A stretch of 64,000 nt of DNA from Octopus vulgaris (taxonomy: Eukaryota), in NCBI GenBank assembly GCA_951406725.2, contig OX597839.1, positions 8,370,001 through 8,434,000 on the forward strand, given 5' to 3'. Shown piece after piece: positions 50,040-64,000 of this stretch. Numbering within the stretch: position 1 is the stretch's first letter; each line of letters starts with the position of its first letter. The notes under the pieces are model-generated. The model was not told where the DNA came from and did no database searches. It saw only the letters and a list, made by a program, of their open reading frames with translations. Made by a program: the position numbers and the translations under genes.

Positions 50040-50600
50040 AAGCATGGCTGAGTGGTTAAGCTGTTCGCTTTGCAGTAGCACAAGCCAGGCGTCGGATCTT
50101 TTCGGTTTGAACGGTATTTTTTTCTAGCGGTGTCATATGAAATAGTCACCCATAATTATGACCCTAGTATTGATCTATTGCATTTCAATATGTTGTAGGG
50201 TTAGGGTTAGGGGTGTGGGGAAGGGTATCTTTTTTTCTTCACAAATGTAAATATACCCAATCTGTTTCTTAAACGAGGGACATATTCATACGGCACAGAA
50301 TGTTTTCACCTCAATAGACGTCATTGATTGGTTGAAATTGCAGAAAATGAAGATAAATAACAACAAATATCTTACAAACTATATAATTTTCTCAGTAAAG
50401 CCAAGAGAAAAAGATGTTTTATAAACACATTCACCAGTATACGAAGTTTAAAAGTGTTTAGTTACGTGGAAATTATTTTAAAAAAGTGCCGGTCAAACCG
50501 AAAAGATCCCAGGCGTCTTCTACAACAGCCCTGCTCAGCCAATCCGTTGTGAGTGAATTTGGTAGAGGAAAATTGTATGGAAGCCCGTCATAGATTTATT
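50040..50600 (+). mobile_element. Degraded SINE-A-like copy interrupted by the Merlin-like MITE
   Basis: catggctgagtggttaag ... caggcgtcttctac...ttgtgagtgaatttggtagaggaaaa...gaagcccgtc. Confidence 0.6.
50094..50509. mobile_element. Second copy of the Merlin-like MITE, opposite orientation
   Basis: Same TIRs; TSD caggcgtc at 50086-50093 and 50510-50517; interior is the reverse complement of 21055-21467. Confidence 0.85.
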
Positions 50601-50739
50601 CATACACACACACACAGATACATTAATATATATATATATATATGGGGTGGGGCGCTGAAAGGTTCCTGGATGTGGGTAAAACAAAATACAAGCGGATGAG
50701 TTAATTATGATTTTATTCAACATATTCCTCCTGTCAGAC

Positions 50740-50880
50740 ATTACCAGTGAAGGTGCAACAAATGACAAAATCAGATGACAAAATGATCACACAACAACGT
50801 GTGAGATTTCCGGTCTGGGAACCGCACACATAATCCGGCAATCATGAGTGCAACATCTTAATCACTGAGCCATGCGCCTT
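50740..50880 (-). mobile_element. Degraded SINE family C head
   Basis: cactgagccatgcgcctt terminus shared with the copies ending 5386 and 11880. Confidence 0.5.
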
Positions 50881-51213
50881 TACAATACATTATACACATA
50901 TATTCAACATTTTGTAACGATGGATACTGTCAAATGCTTTACTGAAGTCCACAAAGGTTATAATGGCAGGAAAATGTGTTGATTTAACTCCTCCTATAAC
51001 ACGCCTGTGGGTTAATATCTGATAGTTTAAATCCATTTTGATTTGGTCTCAGATGGCTATCAAGGACCGGTTGAATCCTGTTGAAGATCATTTGGTAGAT
51101 GACTTTGAGTGAGATATTGGACAGGGCAGTTCCTCTGTAGTTAGTTTCATTGCTGAGGTTTCTTGTCTTTGTGATTGGCATGGAGTCAATCTCTGGTCTG
51201 CGCTTTCTTGGTT

Positions 51214-51625
51214 ACTCTCTCTTTATTCTCTTTTACTTATTTCAGTCATGTGACTGTGGCCATGCTGGAGCACCGCCTTTAGTCGAGCAAATCGACCCCG
51301 GGACTTATTCTTTGTAAGCCTAGTAATTATTCTATCGGTCTCCTTTGCCGAACCGCTAAATTATGGGGGCCTAAACACACCACCATCGGTTGTCAAGCGA
51401 TGTTGGGGGATAGATACAGACACACAAACACGCACATAAATATTATATATATAAATATATACAACGGGCTTCTTTCAGTTTCCGTCTACCAAATCCACTC
51501 ACAAGGATTCTGTCGACCCTAGGCTACAGTAGAAGACACTTGCCCAAGGTGCCACGCAGTTGGAATGAATCCGGAACCATGTGGTTGGTAAGCAAGCTAC
51601 TTACCACACAGCCACTCCTACACCT
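51214..51625 (-). mobile_element. SINE family A, full length
   Basis: Tail to head match with other A copies. Confidence 0.9.
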
Positions 51626-51639
51626 AAATGAAATAAACA

Positions 51640-51712
51640 CGAGCTTGCCAGGATTCGAAGCTGGAATCTTCTGATCCGTTGTCAGACACGTTATCCATTG
51701 CGCCAGTACCTC
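51640..51712 (-). pseudogene. tRNA-Arg(ACG) pseudogene, probably 5'-truncated
   Basis: Minus: (gaggtac)tggcgcaatggataacgtgtctgacaACGgatcagaagattccagcttcgaatcctggcaagctcg, close to eukaryotic tRNA-Arg-ACG; U33->A, G53->C and a mispaired acceptor stem. Confidence 0.8.
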
Positions 51713-51860
51713 TTGATAACTTCAAGGAGAATTTCATGATGGCCAGCAACTTTTCTCTCTTTCAGTCTATTCTTGTCCCTCTGAAGGTCTTCCAAATCGA
51801 AGCCCCCTTCTCGCATATGGTATTCCAAAACTAGTTAGTTTTTGTCCTTTCAGAGACATA

Positions 51861-52260
51861 CGCAGGAGTGGCTGTGTGGTAAGTAGCTTGTTTACCAACC
51901 ACATGGTTCCGGGTTCAGTCCCACTGCGTGGCACCTTGGGCAAGTGTCTTCTACTATATCCTCGGGCCGACCAAAGCCTTGTGAGTGGAATTGGTAGACG
52001 GAAACTGAAAGAAGCCCGTCGTATATATATATATATATATGCGTGTGCGTGTATGTGTGTCTGTGTTTGTCCCCCTAGCTATTGCTTGAAAACCGATGTA
52101 GGTGTGTTTATGTCCCCGTTACTTAGCGGTTTGGCAAAAGAGACCGATAGAATAAGTACTGGGCTTACAAAAGAATAAGTCCCGGGGTGGAGTTGCTCGA
52201 TTAAATGCGGTGCTCCAGCATGGCCGCAGTCAAAATGACTGAAACAAGTAAAAGAGTAAA
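51861..52260 (+). mobile_element. SINE family A, full length
   Basis: cgcaggagtggctgtgtggtaag...gactgaaacaagtaaaagagtaaa. Confidence 0.9.
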
Positions 52261-52264
52261 ATAG

Positions 52265-52640
52265 TATACGAGAAGACCACAGCTTCTGTGTTGTCTTATA
52301 ACGGAGAAACGGAACTTTTTCAAATACTGGCTGGAGTGCTACAGGGAGATATGCTTGCAACATATCTGTTTGCAATTGTACTGGATTATGCAATACGGCA
52401 GCGAGAAGATCATGCAAGGACGGCTGCAACTCTCTGGTCACTGCCCGCGTCACGCTGAACTGGAAGCATTCAAATGAGTCTTGTGGAACTCACTTCATAG
52501 TGATGTAAGCAGCAGCAAACGTTGTCACGCTTACATCGACAATTTCATCGTAGACACTGGCCTGGAATGTATCCAGGTCCTCGAGGCAGTGATGATGAAC
52601 CGAGAAGTGTGACAGGTGGATTTTGTTGCTGCGGCACGGG
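52265..52640 (+). mobile_element. RTE-clade LINE, RT mid and C-terminal parts (sense), internally deleted
   Basis: YEKTTASVLSYNGETELFQILAGVLQGDMLATYLFAIVLDYAIRQ, then RLQLSGHCPRHAE...VLW and YIDNFIVDTGLE...AVMMNREV. Confidence 0.8.
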
Positions 52641-53169
52641 TTGGAACCCGGCCATAAACTCTATGTATGTGTGTGTGTGTGTGTGTGCCTTTGGCCCCAC
52701 CACTGATTGACAACCGATGTTGGTGTTTACGATTAGTAACAATTTTAAGGAAGAGTTTAGTCAATTACATAGCTCCGGTACTTGATTAGCATTTTAAAGA
52801 GATGAAAGGCGAAGATGACCTCGGTGAGAAATGAACACAAGCGTCTAAATATCAGTAACTTGTACTATTCCCAGTGCTAACGAATCCTCACGGTGCTGTG
52901 GCCTAATGTGATCAAAGATATCGAATTATCTTCAGACAAGAGACCGACGATACTTGTTCAAATTCTTACAAAGGGTTAATAAGCAGACAGTGAGATTATT
53001 AAAACCGTGCCACAAAACCATACGAAGAGTACATCTAACGAGCGCTTCTCTAGGCAATTTCAATTCTGCTCAGCTTCACTCCCAAACTCATTGGTTCGAA
53101 TCGAGTCTACAACGGAATACACCAACTGAAGCTGACGCACGAAACTGAAGACTTGTAGAATACCTTTTT

Positions 53170-53770
53170 ATGTTTTATTTTGTTTCAATCATTGCACTGT
53201 GGCCAAGCTGTGGCACCACCTTGAAGAATTGTATTCGAACTAACCAACTCACGGTACTTATTTTCTTTTTAAGACAGGTATTTATTTTGCCGAACCGCTA
53301 GGTTACGGTGACACTGGTTATCAAGCAGTGGTGGGGTTCAAACGCACACCCAAACACGCGTGCGCACACACATATACGACAGGCTTCTTTTAGTTTCCTC
53401 ATTTCTTTATTGCCCACAAGGGGCTAAACATAGAGGGGACAAACAAGGACAGACAAAGAGGTTAAGTCGATTACATCGACCCCAGTGCGTAACTGGTACT
53501 GAATTTATCGACCCCGAAAGGATGAAAGGCAAAGTCAACCTGGGCGGAATTTGAACTCAGAACGTAACGGCAGACGAAATACCCCTGAGCATTTCGTGCT
53601 AACGTTTCTGCCAGCTCACCAGTTTTAGTTTCCGTTCTACCAAATCCACTCACAAGGTTTTGGTCGGCCCGAGGCTTTAGTAAAAGGCATTTGTTTCAAA
53701 GTGCCACGCAGTGTGACTGGATGCCGAACCATAAGGTTTGAAAGCAAACTTGTTACTAACAAACCACGTC
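53170..53770 (-). mobile_element. Degraded SINE-A with nested SINE-B (53398-53620)
   Basis: cgacaggcttcttttagtttcc | B copy | ttttagtttccgttctaccaaatccactcacaagg; ttttagtttcc duplicated as TSD. Confidence 0.8.
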
Positions 53771-54109
53771 TGCATCTATCAGGAATGTTTATCGTACAAA
53801 AACCAATATAAATTCTATTTACATTTTTCTTTGAGAATATTTTTCCGTTTTGTGTTTTTTTTTTTTCCTTTAATAATCTTGATTTACTGCTCATAATACA
53901 CTTTCCACTTAGGTCATTCCATATTTTTTGGTTGGGCACGGATGAACGGGCCGATATGTTGTGGGGGTATCAAAAACCCAAAGAATTATAAAACAAAGAA
54001 TTAATAGAGATAATAATTGAACGTGACTGTGGTTTTAATTTTCTGTATATTCATCAGTTTGATGTAGTTGAACAAAGTGATGAATAATCATGCAGACAGA
54101 CAGAAATTG

Positions 54110-54312
54110 TAGATATATATATATGCATTACATACACATGCATATATATGTATATGTACACACACACACGCACATATGTATATGTGTGTGGTGAGTTTAT
54201 GTGTATATATATGTACATATAAATATGTACGTATATATATGTGTGCATATATATACATATGTACATGTGCATATATATTTATATATATATATATGTATGT
54301 ATATGGTGAGTT

Positions 54313-54353
<41 letters not shown>

Positions 54354-54361
54354 ACATATAA

Positions 54362-54403
<42 letters not shown>

Positions 54404-54591
54404 ACATATAAATATGTGTATATATATGCGCATATATATATATTAGTATTATATATATATATATATACACACATGTATATGTGTGTGGTGAGTTTGTGTG
54501 TATATATATGTATATATAAATATGTACGTATATATATATATGTGTATAAATGTGTGCATATATATATATACATATGTATATGATGAGTTTA

Positions 54592-54622
<31 letters not shown>

Positions 54623-54625
54623 TAT
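54110..54625. repeat. TA/TG-rich minisatellite (recurring tggtgagtttatgtgta, ataaatatgt)
   Basis: Motif at ~54189, 54304, 54487 and 54581. Confidence 0.7.
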
Positions 54626-55076
54626 TCATATAGAAAAAAAAATAGTCAGACAGATCTATTATTTGACTCTGCACAACACAGTGGGTGCAAAGTCGTATAA
54701 ACAAGTTTATTCAATTAGATGATGTTAACGGACAGAGTATATTACAGGAACTTGAAAGAACGACCGCTGTACGAATATTGAGAATATGCTAGATAATATT
54801 CATACGAACAATACTCACATCCCACGCGTTGTTTTCCCTGTGTTGGTCGTTGGTATCATGTTTCTGAATGTATGTGTGAATGTGTGTATTGATGTATGTG
54901 TTTGCGCGTACGTGCGCGCTGAGTAACGTTTCATCGTTTCTTCAGATAAACCTAGGGTCAACCCTTGTTGTGAGAGTAAAATTGTAATAGATAAAAATAT
55001 GCAGAAAACCATAGGTTGGACTCTGTATATCACACATATATAGCACTTGTGCAGGCGCGCGCACACACACACACAT

Positions 55077-55290
55077 TCTCTTTACTCTTTTACTTGTTTC
55101 AGTCATTTTGACTGTGGCCATGCTGGAGCACCGCATTTAGTCGAGCAAATCGACCCCAGGACTTATTCTTTGTAAGCCTAGTACTTATTCTATCGGTCTC
55201 TTTTGCCGAACCGCTAAGTTACGGGGATGTAAACACACCAGCATCGGTTGTCAAGCGATGTTGGGGGGACAAACACAGACACACAAACAT

Positions 55291-55355
<65 letters not shown>

Positions 55356-55519
55356 CACGACGGGCTTCTTTCAGTTTCTGTCTACCAAATCCACTCACAA
55401 GGCTTTGGTCGGCCCGAGGCTATAGTAGAAGACACTTGCCCAAGGTGTCACGCAGTGGGACTGAACCCGGAACCATGTGGTTGGTAAGCAAGCTACTTAC
55501 CACACAGCCACTCCTACGC

Positions 55520-55520
<1 letters not shown>
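55077..55520 (-). mobile_element. SINE family A, full length
   Basis: Tail tctctttactcttttacttg to head cagccactcctacgcc. Confidence 0.9.
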
Positions 55521-55577
<57 letters not shown>

Positions 55578-55580
55578 CAA

Positions 55581-56907
55581 AACATTCAAACACTGAGGTT
55601 TGAAATCAGATGTCACTACTGAATGTTTCTGACAACAACCACTAGAAATCGATGGCGCTCTTTTTTCAACAACAAATACTGTTAGAAAATTACTATTTCT
55701 AAATCTCACGACGTGAGATATTCAGCCACACTACTTTGTAGTAAAGACTGTTTGCCAACATAGCATGGCAGTCCTGGTTTAGGACTAATGTTGCTGTAAT
55801 TTAGCCCCAGGAGACATCGTCCCAAGCTGGCTATACGACACGATCTGTGTCCTTATATTCTCGAACATGGGAATGCCTTGTTCGTTTTTGATTGCTTCGG
55901 CCCTCTCATCACCATTTTACATCATATTGCCTTAGCGAGAGAAGAATGGACAGCGCCCATGTTCTTATAGTGAGTCTTAGGAAGCCGTTGGAAGCAGGGA
56001 TTATAGTTACCTTGAAAGAGGAGACATTCTAAATTTTGCCACAAGGCCAGCAATTTCGGGGAAGTGAGTAGTTTGTCCGTAAAGGCGGACAAACTACCTA
56101 TTTCTTTATTACCCACAAGGGGCTAAACACAGAGGGGACAAACAAGGACAGACATAGGCATTAAGTCGATTACATCGACCCCAGTGCGTAACTGGTACTT
56201 AATTTATCGACCCCGAAAGGATGAAAGGCAAAGTCGACCTCGGCGGAATTTGAACTCACAACGTTGCGACAGACGAAATACCTATTTCTTTATTACCCAC
56301 AAGGGGCTAAACATAGAGTGGACAAACAAGGACAGACATAGGTATTAAGTCGATTACATCGACCCCAGTGCGTAACTGGTACTTAATTAATCGACCCCGA
56401 AAGGATGAAAGACAAAGTCGACCTCGACGGAATTTGAACTCAGAACGTAGCGACGGACAAAATACCGCTAAGCATTTTTCCCGGAATGCTAACGATTCCG
56501 CCAGTTTGTTACCTTTTAATTATTGCGAAAAGCATTATATTCAGGCCCATAAGAGACTTTTGTGAAAGTATAGACCTTTTGGTTGCATTGTAAGTATGTA
56601 TCTGGTCTCAGGGTAACTAGAATCCCTTCTTCCAACTGCTTCCGAAGACTCCCTATAAGAACATGGGCGCTGCCCAATCCTCTTTCACTAAGGCATATGA
56701 TGAAAAACTGGTGATGAATGGCAGAATCAATCAAGAAATGAACTTAATGTACAATGAAATTGAGATACAGAAAGACAGGCATGAGGGAGACAGAGACAGA
56801 CAGAGTATTTGTTGATGAAAAAAGAGCGCCATCGATTTCTAGTCGTTGTTGTGGGGAACGTTCACTCAACTGGACCAGCAGTAGTTACATGCTTTCAAAT
56901 GAATGTT
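55581..56907. repeat. Old inverted duplication: arms 55581-55680 plus 55887-56015 versus 56603-56735 plus 56805-56907
   Basis: ctagaaatcgatggcgctcttttttca..aacaaatact and cagcgcccatgttcttatag..agtctt.ggaagc.gttggaag each occur in reverse complement on the other side. Confidence 0.8.
56025..56515 (-). mobile_element. SINE-B tandem multimer (184-bp units)
   Basis: cctatttctttattacccacaaggggctaaac...gacgaaata unit at 56097 and 56281, with a complete head only on the last unit. Confidence 0.9.
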
Positions 56908-57053
56908 AGATTATTTCGGAAACTGAAGTCCCAAACCGCTGCATTACTGAAAGAAAAAGTGATTGGATATTAAGTTACGTAGTCTTGGTTCAGCTGGAAG
57001 TTAATGGAACGGTGGACTGAGAAATACTGCACATTAATTACACATGCGCACAC

Positions 57054-57054
<1 letters not shown>

Positions 57055-57125
<71 letters not shown>

Positions 57126-57153
57126 TGATAGATAGATAGATAGATAGATAGAC

Positions 57154-57188
<35 letters not shown>

Positions 57189-57189
57189 G

Positions 57190-57263
<74 letters not shown>

Positions 57264-57321
57264 AGAGATAGATAAATAGATAAACATATATATAGAGAGA
57301 AAGATAGACAGACAGACAGAG

Positions 57322-57410
<89 letters not shown>
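57055..57410. repeat. (GATA)n plus (TA)n microsatellite
   Basis: Directly visible. Confidence 0.95.
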
Positions 57411-57639
57411 CATGTATATGTATGTACGTATAATAGTAACTATTTCATTTTCATATTTCGTCCACTGAGGATCGCAAACATTTGCTCGGATTAAATTTCC
57501 TCGCGGATACATCTGTAAAGACGTTCGATGGATTCGTTGGTAAAGATACGGAATTTCAGATGCATACATTTCTCTGTGTGTGTGTGAGACAGAGAGAGAG
57601 AGTGTGTGTGGATATATGTATAAACAAATATATATGAAC

Positions 57640-59330
<1,691 letters not shown>

Positions 59331-59784
59331 CAGGTTTATATTTATACATTAACAGATGTGTGTATAGGTGTATATATGGGTATACATATGCCTTTTCCCC
59401 ATCTATAACGTTTCCAACCCAACCCACCTCCGCCTGTTCTCCCCCCCACTATTTTTCCTTTCCTCTCCCCCTCCCCATCCCACCCTCCTCTGCCTAAAAC
59501 TCTCCATCCAATATCTAGTTGCTACTATCAAGTTTTTAATAGACTCTCTGTGGTGCCAACCTCTTCATTTATTGGAAGAATTCTTTATAATTTTTTGTTT
59601 TTTATCATCTTTTTTTTTTTTCTTTCGAAGACTTGAACAAGAATACAGAAATAAACGATAAATTCCAAGATTGGTTCCGTGCCAAACACTCAATCTCTGT
59701 CCAATGGTTTGGCAGCATTCGGATTGTTGTTCATTTTTCCCCTCTTTCGCTAACATCTGATTTTCGTTTGCCTTATTATTATCA

Positions 59785-59831
<47 letters not shown>

Positions 59832-60024
59832 GTTGTTGTTGTTGTTGTTGCTGCTGCTACTATTTCTTATTAATTCATTAAATTTTGAAAAGTCATAAAA
59901 TAATTTCATCGCCCCATCATCAACTCCGCCATCCTCATCTTAATTAACGCTATCAGTACCCCTCGCCAATCTCCTCCCCCTCCTCCTATTACTACTACTA
60001 CTAATACTAATAATAATAATAATA

Positions 60025-60135
60025 ATCCTTTCTACTATACGCACAAGGCCTGAAATTTAGGGCAAGGGGATAGACGATTACATCGACCCCAGTACTCAAC
60101 TGGTACTTGGTTTATCGACCACGAAAGGATGAATA
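60025..60135 (-). mobile_element. SINE-B 3' fragment with (TAA)n tail
   Basis: aataatcctttctact...gcacaaggcctgaaattt...cgattacatcgaccccagt...gaaaggatgaa. Confidence 0.75.
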
Positions 60136-60150
60136 GTAGTAGAAATAATG

Positions 60151-60182
<32 letters not shown>

Positions 60183-60204
60183 AAAAAGAAGAAGATACAA
60201 AACA

Positions 60205-60730
60205 AAAACCAAGTGTTAACATGTACATTGTCTTGTCTTGGTATAAAAGATGGGCTACAGCAAATATTCTGCTCAATACCACAGATTTGCTTGTCAGTTG
60301 TTTGACCTTAACCAGTTGAGCATGCCCCTTAGTGGCTGACGATATGTGCATCTCTGATCATGAGCAGAAGTAGTGGGGGAACATCATAGCCGTGTGTTGA
60401 AAGGAATTTTTAGAGGTTTGGATAATTCACCTTTGGAAACATGGGTGGTTTGTTCAACATCCTTAAACAACCCTTATTCAGGGACCGTTTGAGCGGGATG
60501 GGCTACTCAACCTGAAGAAAATTCTAACTGGGCCCCACCTGCAAGGTCATGTGCTGTTTACCTTGATATGAGATCACCATGTCACGCACATATGGTTGTG
60601 ATTCATGTGCCTCGTGTACCCTTATCAGACAGGTAGTCATGATAGGTATATTGAGTTTCGTATATTTTACCCCAGTATCACTTTGATGGCATGAACTGCT
60701 CTCTCACTCAATAATAATAATAATGATAAT
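60205..60730 (+). mobile_element. Retroposon 3' region ending in (TAA)n, unclassified
   Basis: Ends ctctctcactcaataataataa; 5'-truncated second copy at 29895. Confidence 0.55.
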
Positions 60731-60753
60731 AATAATAACAACAACAACAATAA

Positions 60754-61130
60754 CGAAGGCAGGATATAGAAACCTTTAAAAGGGACAAACAAGAGTGTCT
60801 AATAATTAACGTGGCAGTGCCAGGAGATCAACATATAATCATGAAAGAAAGAGAAAAGGTTGATAAATATGGAGACCTGGTAATTGAGATCGCTAAGAGT
60901 CGAATATAAAGGTTATTCCTATTGTCATCGGAGCATTGGGTTCAATACCACCCAAAGTGAAAAAGAACAGAAAACATCTGAAAACCTTAGAGATACCCTA
61001 CAATCTAGATGTATTGCAAAAGTCGGCATTACTTGGAACTGCATGCATATTGCGTAAAGTACTGTCTGTCTGAAATCCTTGTTCTGACCTGACAAACAGC
61101 ACAAACTCTTGGTAAAAGCAATATCTTCAA
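60754..61130 (+). mobile_element. R4/Dong-clade element 3' fragment (RLE domain) following a (TAA)/(CAA) tract
   Basis: RRQDIETFKRDKQECLIINVAVPGD...EREKVDKYGDL...IKVIPIVIGALGSIP...LQKSALLGTACILRKVLSV*. Confidence 0.8.
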
Positions 61131-61136
61131 TCAACA

Positions 61137-61273
61137 AAGGCGGCGAGCTGGCAGAACCGTTAGCACACCGGACGAAATGCTCAGCAGTATTTCGTCTGCC
61201 GCTACGTTCTGCCCAAGGTGCCACGCAATGGAACTAGACCCGGAACCATGTAGTTGGGAAGTAAGTTTCTTTC

Positions 61274-61285
<12 letters not shown>
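61137..61285. mobile_element. SINE-B head (+) fused to SINE-A head (-)
   Basis: aaggcggcgagctggcagaaccgttagc...gctacgttct then gcccaaggtgccacgcaatgg...ccggaaccatg. Confidence 0.7.
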
Positions 61286-61331
<46 letters not shown>

Positions 61332-61335
61332 AGAC

Positions 61336-61630
61336 GGAGGCGCAATGGACCAATGGATAGGGCAGCAGACTCGCGGTTTCGATTCCCAGACCGGGCGTTG
61401 TGTGTGTTTATTGAGCGAAAACACCTAAAGCTCCACGAGGTTCCGGCATGGGGTGGTAGCGATCCCTGCTATACTCTTTCGCCACAACTTTCTCTCACTC
61501 TTTCTTCTGTTGGCCTGCTCGCTTAGCCAGCGGGGTGGCGTCATTTATAGGCTAAAACAATGTAAAGCGCATTGTGACCAGCGATGTGTAGCAACATCTG
61601 ATAGCCTGGTCGGTCACAGTGATCACGGTA
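61336..61630 (+). mobile_element. SINE family D, tail type 2
   Basis: Near-identical to 17392-17690. Confidence 0.85.
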
Positions 61631-61869
61631 ACATATATATATATACGACAGGCTTCTTTCAGTTCCTGTCTACCAGATCCACTCCAGTCTGGTGGGCCTG
61701 AGGCTATGGAATACAACACGCATTAGACCGATATGACTGAACCGGGGCCCATATTGTTGTGAAGCAAGCTCCTTACAACATAGTTATGCCAGCGGCATAT
61801 TGATGTTAAGTAGTGAATATGGCAGGGGTAGCGTCAATAGTAGCGTTAACATCTGTGGTTGAGGAGATT

Positions 61870-62180
61870 GTTTGTTGTTTGTTCCTCCTCGAGCCATGCC
61901 AGGCTCATAAGGGCCGGTTTCCCGGTTTCTTGGCGTATAGGCTCCCCACCTGGACAGGACGCCAGTCCGTCACAGGTGAGCTGCAAGATACAGGAGGAAA
62001 GAGTGAGAGAAAGTTGTGGCGAAAGAGTCAGCAGAAGTTTCGCCATTACTTTCTGCCGGAGCCGCGTGGAGCTTAGGTGTTTCACTCATAAACACACACA
62101 TCGCTCGGTCTGAGATTCGAACCCGCGATCCCTCGACCACGAGTCCGCTGCTCTAACCACTAAGCCATGTGCCTCCACAC
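61870..62180 (-). mobile_element. SINE family D variant, tail type 3
   Basis: Minus: tggaggcacatggcttagtggttagagc...gggttcgaatctc...actctttcgccacaactttctctcactc...cctgtgacggactggcgtcctgtccagg...(aaac)n. Confidence 0.85.
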
Positions 62181-62539
62181 AGGTTCAGGAGATGGTTTTG
62201 ATGATAGAAATACTCGTGGCGTTACTGGTGCTACAGTTAATGGCGATACTCCTGCTGGTTAGTAGATGATAATATGAGAGTTATTAGTAGTAAGTTTGAT
62301 AATGATAGCGGTGGTGTCGGTGATGGGGCGGCGGGGAATCAGTCCCATTGGTAAATGGTTAGTGTTAGCTATGATAGCAATAAAATAGTTCGGTCAGAAG
62401 ACATAACGCAAATGGCGCCAGGCAGAAAGAAAATAGAATAGCAAAAACGGAAAACAATACATGTGCTTGTGTTCGCGTGTGCCTGTATGTATGTATATCA
62501 AATAATTATAAAATACGGAGACGGTAACTAATTGTAACA

Positions 62540-62698
62540 TGCACAAACACACACATGTACATATATACTCACACATACACACACATATATATATATATAT
62601 ATATACACATATACTCACACACACATATATATATATACACTCTCACACGCATATATATATATACTCTCATACACACACACACATATATATATACTCAT

Positions 62699-62729
<31 letters not shown>

Positions 62730-62794
62730 CTCATACACACACACACACATATATATATACTCATACACACACACACACATATATATATACTCAT

Positions 62795-62837
<43 letters not shown>

Positions 62838-63260
62838 CTCATACACACACACACATATATATATATATATACACTCTCACACGCATATATATATATATAT
62901 ATACTCTCATACACACACACACACATATATATACATATATATACTCTCATACACACACACATATATATACACTCTCACACGCATATATATATATATATAT
63001 ATACTCTCATACACACACATATATATCTACTCACACACACACACATATATATATATATACTCACACAAATATATATATATACGCTCACACGCATATATAT
63101 ACTCTCATACACACACACATGTACATATATACTCTCTCACATATATATATATACTATCACATATATATACATATACTCTCACACGCATATATATACACTC
63201 TCATATATATACTCACACACACATATACAGACACATATATATATACATACACACATACAC
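62540..63260. repeat. Minisatellite of tactc(a/t)(ca)n(ta)n units
   Basis: Directly visible ~30-bp variable units. Confidence 0.85.
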
Positions 63261-63349
63261 TTGTGTGGGGTGGGGTTGTGTGTAATAAGAAAAATAAATA
63301 TTGAGTTATATGATTTGTGACTAGTGGAGTCAAATATACACTCTGGCCA

Positions 63350-63830
63350 TGATAGTTGTTGTTGTTGCAGTTCTTGTGATTCTAGTTGTAGTTTGTGGTT
63401 GGTGATTTGGCTGTTGATACTCTTCTCAACGATATTGTTGATGATGATGATGATGGCAAAGACGGCAATGGTGTTAGCGATGATGATGATGATGATAGCA
63501 ATGATGGTGATGGTGTTGATGATGTTGGTGATAATGAAATATGCTCTTGTGCCTTTTGCTGTTTCTTTTTTGCCAAATTCTGTTTGTTTTTACTTGTCAA
63601 TTTCGCTTTCAGTTTCGCTTTCGCTTTGTCATTTTTACTCTTGGCATCGTTATCGTCACTTCCGTTTCTTACTCTCAATCTCTTGTCTTCTACTTATTCA
63701 TTAATCTTTTCTACATTGAATACTACTACACCTACTACTGCTCTTACTAATACCACCACCACCACCATCACCATCACAATAGCTGCCACTGCGATTTCTG
63801 ATTATTATTATTATTATTATTGTTATTATA
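63350..63830. repeat. Low-complexity trinucleotide region ((GAT)n, (GTT)n, (TAC)n, (CAC)n, (TAT)n)
   Basis: Directly visible. Confidence 0.75.
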
Positions 63831-64000
63831 ACGACGTTAATGCCGTATTTTGTTGTTTAGCAACAAGTCATTCATGTTGAAGCAGTTTTATGATTAAAGC
63901 GTTCCAAATATGTCAAGTACAGAAACCTTGCTTTGTTGGTTGGTACGTCTGGAGGGTTCCACACTAGCAGCAGCCAAATCCAGGAAGATGGACTTGCTCG

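Larger units (their letters stand above)
50890..51860 (-). mobile_element. RTE-clade LINE, RT N-terminal part (antisense), interrupted by a SINE-A and a tRNA copy
   Basis: Minus strand FDLEDLQRDKNRLKERKVAGHHEILLEVIK (51713-51810), NYRGTALSNISLKVIYQMIFNRIQPVLDSHLRPNQNGF, PAIITFVDFSKAFDSIHRYKML. Confidence 0.8.

Noticed and set aside
63395-63880. Acidic/hydrophobic 161-aa ORF
   Set aside because: Built from (GAT)n, (TTTCGC)n, (CAC)n and (TAT)n simple repeats.

Overview
AT-rich, microsatellite-saturated eukaryotic DNA with no supportable host protein-coding gene; nearly all supplied ORFs are translations of (TA)n/(CA)n/(GATA)n/(GA)n tracts. The repeat content resembles what I recall of Octopus (coleoid cephalopod) intronic or intergenic DNA, but the species is an inference. 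The window holds four tRNA-derived SINE families (labelled A-D here), decayed LINE pieces (RTE including a BovB-like one, CR1, R4/Dong), a Penelope-like element, a mariner relic, Merlin-like and Tc1-like MITEs, two non-autonomous Helitrons, a 15-bp satellite and a truncated tRNA-Arg copy. The most notable signals are: a type I hammerhead ribozyme fold in the Penelope relic (36928-37009, minus); a tandem pair of ~220-bp non-coding units each carrying a variant hammerhead, with an inverted arm that starts at the predicted cleavage site (43018-43480); a recurrent fixed tail-to-loop junction in SINE-B multimers; a Helitron splitting a long palindrome; and a twin-priming-like inverted RTE insertion. 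All folds and alignments were read by eye, and boundaries of decayed repeats are approximate.
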